A program made the translations under genes and the position numbers. Shown here piece after piece: positions 60,592 to 64,000 of a stretch of DNA of 64,000 bases. The first letter of the stretch is position 1. Each line of letters begins with the position of its first letter. The stretch spans positions 2,528,234 to 2,592,233 of the forward strand of contig OZ240239.1 in the NCBI GenBank assembly GCA_965198095.1, written 5' to 3'. This DNA comes from Candidatus Latescibacterota bacterium. Its GTDB lineage: Bacteria > Latescibacterota > UBA2968 > GCA-2709665. The notes beneath the pieces were generated by a model. The model made no database searches. It was not told the origin of the DNA and saw only the letters and a list, made by a program, of their open reading frames with translations.

Positions 60592-61357
60592 GCGTCAAGA
60601 AGTAGCGTAGCGAGTAACGAGGTCCCTTCCTCAGGGCGAGGAGGGGATCTCCTTTTGGCCCCGGCATGGCGCGTGGGCTGGAAGCTGAACGTTCCGCTGC
60701 TTCGGCGGGAGGGTCGCCGAGCCGGCCTCATCAGTCGAGGGATGGCGCCAGATGAAGCCTTCGAGGAGCCCATTCCGGTGCGCCCAAACCAACCGGACGG
60801 CGGTGTAAGCGCGGGACCGCGAGCAACCGTTGTTCGATTTACCGGAGATTGAGGGCCGGCGCTTCATAATTTGCAAGAAATTTCTTGTCCCTTTTGGAGG
60901 CGACGGTATATTCGGTTTGTCCGTCATCGCTGGAAAGCTCCTGCGCGACAAAGGCAAAATCGTATCCGCGACTGGACGTTTTTTCGGCTCACGGGCGCGC
61001 GTGGCGCCAACGATCGGAGCGGCGTGGAAGTCGTTCGATGCAACGCTCTCCGCGGGGTCATTCCGCGCGGGAAGAGCGCGGCAAGCCGAAGGACCTCTGG
61101 GTTGGCAGGTCGGCCCGCAGCCACCTTGCGGGGATCTTCTTCAGCGGGACGGGCAGGCGAGATCCGGGCGTCCCGTCAACGTCAAACAGATTGCGGCCCC
61201 GGGGTGAGGTATCACAAGGCCGCGATGAGCATCGTTCGTTTCGACGCTTCAGACCGTATTGCTTTTTGTTGAGGATGCGCCTCGACATAAATTGCGACAG
61301 GCACAGATCCGACCCGTTTCCAGATTTCCGGACGGCAACCCAAACATTGGAGGTCCT

Positions 61358-61978
61358 ATGCTCAGGTTGATGCTTCGCTCACTTGCGCTTGCCGGTCTGG
61401 TTCTGGTTTGCGCGGATACCGGGTCTGCCGGTACCTACCGGATAGACGCGACACATTCCTCGGTCGAATTCTCCATACGCCACATCGTGAGCCGAACCAC
61501 CGGACGTTTTACCGATTTCTCCGGGACTGTCGTCTACGATCGGAACAAGCCGGGGCAATCGAAGGTGGAGGCGGTCATTCAGGCTGGCTCGATCAACACG
61601 GACAATGCGAAGCGGGACAATCACCTGAGAAGTCCGGATTTCCTGGATGCAAAGCGCTATCCGGTGGTGACCTTTAAAAGCACGAAAGTGGAGAAAAAGG
61701 GCGAAAAGCTCGTGGTTACGGGCGACTTTACGATGCACGGGGTCACGAGGCGCGTCGTCCTGGCTGTAGAAGTGCTCGGTCTGGGAACGCATCCCATGCG
61801 GAAGATCCCGGTCGCGGGATTTTCGGCGGAGACGGCAATCAAACGGTCTGACTACGGGGTCAACAGCTGGGCCGACGTTGCAGGCGTGCTGGGAGATGAA
61901 GTTCGTATTTCATTGAACATCGAGGCGACCGGGATGAAGGAGAACCCGGAAACCGGGCAGGAGGCGATCGCCCGATAG
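61358..61978 (+). CDS. YceI-family periplasmic protein
   Basis: Trimmed to MLRLMLRSLALAGLVLVCA (signal peptide) with GGAGG upstream. YRIDATHSSVEFSIRH and KRDNHLRSPDFLDA motifs. Confidence 0.8.
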   Translation: MLRLMLRSLALAGLVLVCADTGSAGTYRIDATHSSVEFSIRHIVSRTTGRFTDFSGTVVYDRNKPGQSKVEAVIQAGSINTDNAKRDNHLRSPDFLDAKRYPVVTFKSTKVEKKGEKLVVTGDFTMHGVTRRVVLAVEVLGLGTHPMRKIPVAGFSAETAIKRSDYGVNSWADVAGVLGDEVRISLNIEATGMKENPETGQEAIAR

Positions 61979-62105
61979 ACGAGAGGGCCTGTCACCGTTC
62001 CGGTTTCAAGGAGGGCTCGTCCGTCAGCGCGGGGTTCCGTCGAAGGAGAAACGAAAAGGGAGCGGTCGATCGTAACCGCTCCCTTCTGCATAGTGGGCAT
62101 TTTTT

Positions 62106-62882
62106 TCACTCGGGCGATCCTGACTCCAATATGCGCTTGACGGTATCGAACTGTCTGGGCGGGCAAACCAGTGTAGGTTCGGGAACCCGCCGGCCGTCGT
62201 AAAGGTTCGCGAGCTCGACCGCCGCCCCGGAAAGGAAGCGAAACGGGACGTTTAAGATGCGAAGCATGGCGGCACAGGCTGCGTAATCCCAGATATGTGC
62301 CTGACCGATGGCGCCCACCGCGGATCCGCGCATAATGTAGCAGATATGTGCGGCCGTGGATCCAAGGCTGTGGATCTTGCCGGGGAAATCGATCTTGTAG
62401 TCGGCGAGCAACGGCTCATTGACCAGGAGGAGCGCGTTCGGCCCGATCGGAGGATCCGGAGGGGACAAGAGGGTGCCGTTCAGGAACGTCCCAGTTCCGT
62501 CCGTATGGTAGAGGTCGTCCAACATAGGGAGGTAAAAGGCCCCCAGGATTGGGGTTCCCTCCTGCAGCATCCCAACCGATACCCCCCAAACCGGAAGCCC
62601 GTGGTTGAAACAGCGCGTCCCATCCAAAGGGTCAATGGCCCATACGCGCTCGGACCGAGGGTATGGGTCCTCGCCCTCTTCGCCTAGAATCGCGTCGTGG
62701 GGGTGGGCTGACGTAATCTCGTTTCGCAGGTAATCCTCCACGGCCAGATCTGCCTCCGTGACCCAAGAACAGTCCGCCTTCGTCGATACGCGGGTCTTCC
62801 CAAAGTAGGAGCGGGCGATCTTGCCGGCCCGCCGCGTCAGTTTGAGCAACCATTCGACGTCAATCTCAGAGGCGTTCACCAC
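62106..62882 (-). CDS. Inositol-monophosphatase family protein (IMPase/FBPase superfamily)
   Basis: WAIDPLDGT and WDYAA motifs. 258 aa. Confidence 0.8.
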   Translation of the reverse strand: MVNASEIDVEWLLKLTRRAGKIARSYFGKTRVSTKADCSWVTEADLAVEDYLRNEITSAHPHDAILGEEGEDPYPRSERVWAIDPLDGTRCFNHGLPVWGVSVGMLQEGTPILGAFYLPMLDDLYHTDGTGTFLNGTLLSPPDPPIGPNALLLVNEPLLADYKIDFPGKIHSLGSTAAHICYIMRGSAVGAIGQAHIWDYAACAAMLRILNVPFRFLSGAAVELANLYDGRRVPEPTLVCPPRQFDTVKRILESGSPE

Positions 62883-63009
62883 GACGTAGGTTCTCCGTTA
62901 AAACGACGCCGCGCGAAGCGGGCGACGGTCCGTGCGGTGCCCCGCGCTGCAAGACTGAAAGGATGGGGGCGCATTCGCCAAAGGGCTCGGTTCTCCGTGG
63001 GCAGGTCCA

Positions 63010-63771
63010 TCAGGCTTCGACGAATTTCCAGACCCGAAGCGCGGTGCCTCCAAAGATCCAGGACCGCTCATCTTCGCTCAGAGCAGAAAAATAACGCTGA
63101 GGAAACGCGAGGGCGTTGTCATACCCTTCCCGCGTGCTGACCGGCGGGAAATCGCTGCCCCACATGATTCGTTTGGGGCCGAAGGCCTCAAGGACCATGT
63201 CGGCGAATGGCGGGATGTGAGCGAACGGGTGTGGCGGTTCGCAGAACTCACCGAAGCCGGGGAGCTTGATCGTGACGTTGGGATGTTCGGCGAGTCGCGT
63301 GACCGGCGCAAACGCCCGGTCTGGACACCCCGGACCGATGCCGCCCAGGTGCTCGATGGCGATTGAAAGTTCGGGAAAGGTCCTGAGGACTTCGTCGAAT
63401 TCGAGACTCAGAATCCCCTGGGGGCTGCTGGGCGCGCTCACGACGAGTCCGAGTTCCGCGGCGGTGCGCCAGTGGGCCAGCGGGTCGGCGCCGCGTGCTC
63501 TGGCATCCACGGGCAGGCGGATTCCGGGGATCCCTCTCTCGTGCCATTCTCTCATCTTCGTGCCGTCGTCCGTCTCTTCCACGATCATCGCCGCGGAAAA
63601 CCGTCCAGGATGGCTGGACATGGTTTCGAGCAAGTAGGTATTGTCTGCATTTCCCATGTACTGGATCAGCACCGCTCGAGCCACACCGGATCGCGCCATG
63701 TGGAAGAGGAGGGATTCGACCGGTTCGTACTTGGAAAGGCCGATGTGGCAATGCGTGTCTACAATCGTCAT
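63010..63771 (-). CDS. Amidohydrolase-2 family (TIM-barrel metal-dependent hydrolase)
   Basis: Trimmed to MTIVDTHCHIG (the HxH motif). 253 aa. Confidence 0.7.
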   Translation of the reverse strand: MTIVDTHCHIGLSKYEPVESLLFHMARSGVARAVLIQYMGNADNTYLLETMSSHPGRFSAAMIVEETDDGTKMREWHERGIPGIRLPVDARARGADPLAHWRTAAELGLVVSAPSSPQGILSLEFDEVLRTFPELSIAIEHLGGIGPGCPDRAFAPVTRLAEHPNVTIKLPGFGEFCEPPHPFAHIPPFADMVLEAFGPKRIMWGSDFPPVSTREGYDNALAFPQRYFSALSEDERSWIFGGTALRVWKFVEA

Positions 63772-64000
63772 AGCGGGAGGCTTTCCTGGCGGCCAGCGAT
63801 TCCTGCCGATCTCAGCGGCGCGATGCATTCGGGGCTGTCATTCCTGAAGTCATTCACCGTCCGCGACACGGGATGGGCGGCCATCCCTTCGGACGGGTAA
63901 GGTTCGAGCAGTCCGCGAAGCCTTCCAGGCCGGAATGAATTCGGATCCAGCCACTCGTCGTAAGATTTCGGTTCGAGGATGGCAGGCATCCGGTAGTGGA
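63768..64000 (-). CDS. SOS-response-associated peptidase (SRAP/YedK-like), 5'-truncated by the window end
   Basis: ...HYRMPAILEPKSYDEWLDP...MAAHPVSRTVNDFRNDSPECIAP matches the SRAP C-terminus. The frame stays open to position 64000. Confidence 0.55.
   Translation of the reverse strand, partial: HYRMPAILEPKSYDEWLDPNSFRPGRLRGLLEPYPSEGMAAHPVSRTVNDFRNDSPECIAPLRSAGIAGRQESLPL

Noticed and set aside
60631-61370. ORFs 60631..60957 (-) and 60885..61370 (+) between clpB and yceI
   Set aside because: They overlap each other on opposite strands, are Arg/Ser-rich, and have no homology. The region probably holds the clpB terminator (imperfect hairpin at about 60628-60668) and the yceI promoter.

Overview
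This 64-kb window is GC-rich (about 65%) bacterial chromosomal DNA. The gene content suggests an FCB-group-like or Gemmatimonadetes-like organism: SusC-like TonB-dependent receptors with carboxypeptidase-regulatory N-domains, a DUF4377-like lipoprotein, and many Gfo/Idh/MocA oxidoreductases. Phylum is not assignable from sequence alone. I call roughly 55 protein genes; most ORF-track entries antisense to these are spurious high-GC ORFs.

Main features, in window order:
- A thiamine operon thiO-thiS-thiG-thiE on the minus strand. thiE runs off the window start. A TPP riboswitch sits upstream of thiO.
- A second TPP riboswitch in front of a TonB-dependent receptor that carries an internal frameshift.
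- pncC/cinA-C and infA (the IF-1 has an Arg-rich C-terminal tail).
- A class IV aminotransferase.
- An envelope-stress module: ECF sigma factor, zf-HC2 anti-sigma, and two Spy/CpxP-like (LTXXQ) proteins.
- ilvB, preceded by a promoter plus an intrinsic-terminator leader.
- aguB-aguA (agmatine to putrescine).
- An M28 peptidase with a dockerin-like tail, and an NCS2 purine permease.
- Archaeal/eukaryal-type PheRS (pheS and pheT).
- DoxX and a cupin; a membrane protein / alkaline-phosphatase-family / DedA-like operon.
- An M19 dipeptidase, an enolase-superfamily dehydratase, an FGE-family protein, and glnA.
- A low-GC patch carrying a DUF2236/MpaB-like gene.
- An RND (COG1033/MMPL-like) exporter, a LolA-like protein and an outer-membrane beta-barrel.
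- A degenerate IS630 element inserted into an IS3 remnant, next to a second large TonB-dependent receptor.
- A lipoprotein made of three DUF4377-like repeats.
- A 10-gene oxidoreductase / sugar-modifying island: three Gfo/Idh/MocA, two 2-hydroxyacid dehydrogenases, an SDR, a xylose-isomerase-like protein, LtaE, a PAC2-family protein and a PTE-like protein.
- A candidate sigma-54-dependent hsp20-cbpA-clpB heat-shock operon with paired upstream palindromes.
- YceI, an IMPase-family protein, an amidohydrolase-2 protein, and an SRAP gene truncated at the window end.

No CRISPR array, rRNA or tRNA was found. A GC-rich palindromic repeat family (CCTGCCTGC...GCAGGCAGG) occurs at six or more sites, one of them as an in-frame 27-bp insertion in the IS630 transposase. 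Non-CDS coordinates are approximate (plus or minus a few nt); CDS limits follow the ORF track, trimmed to internal starts where argued.
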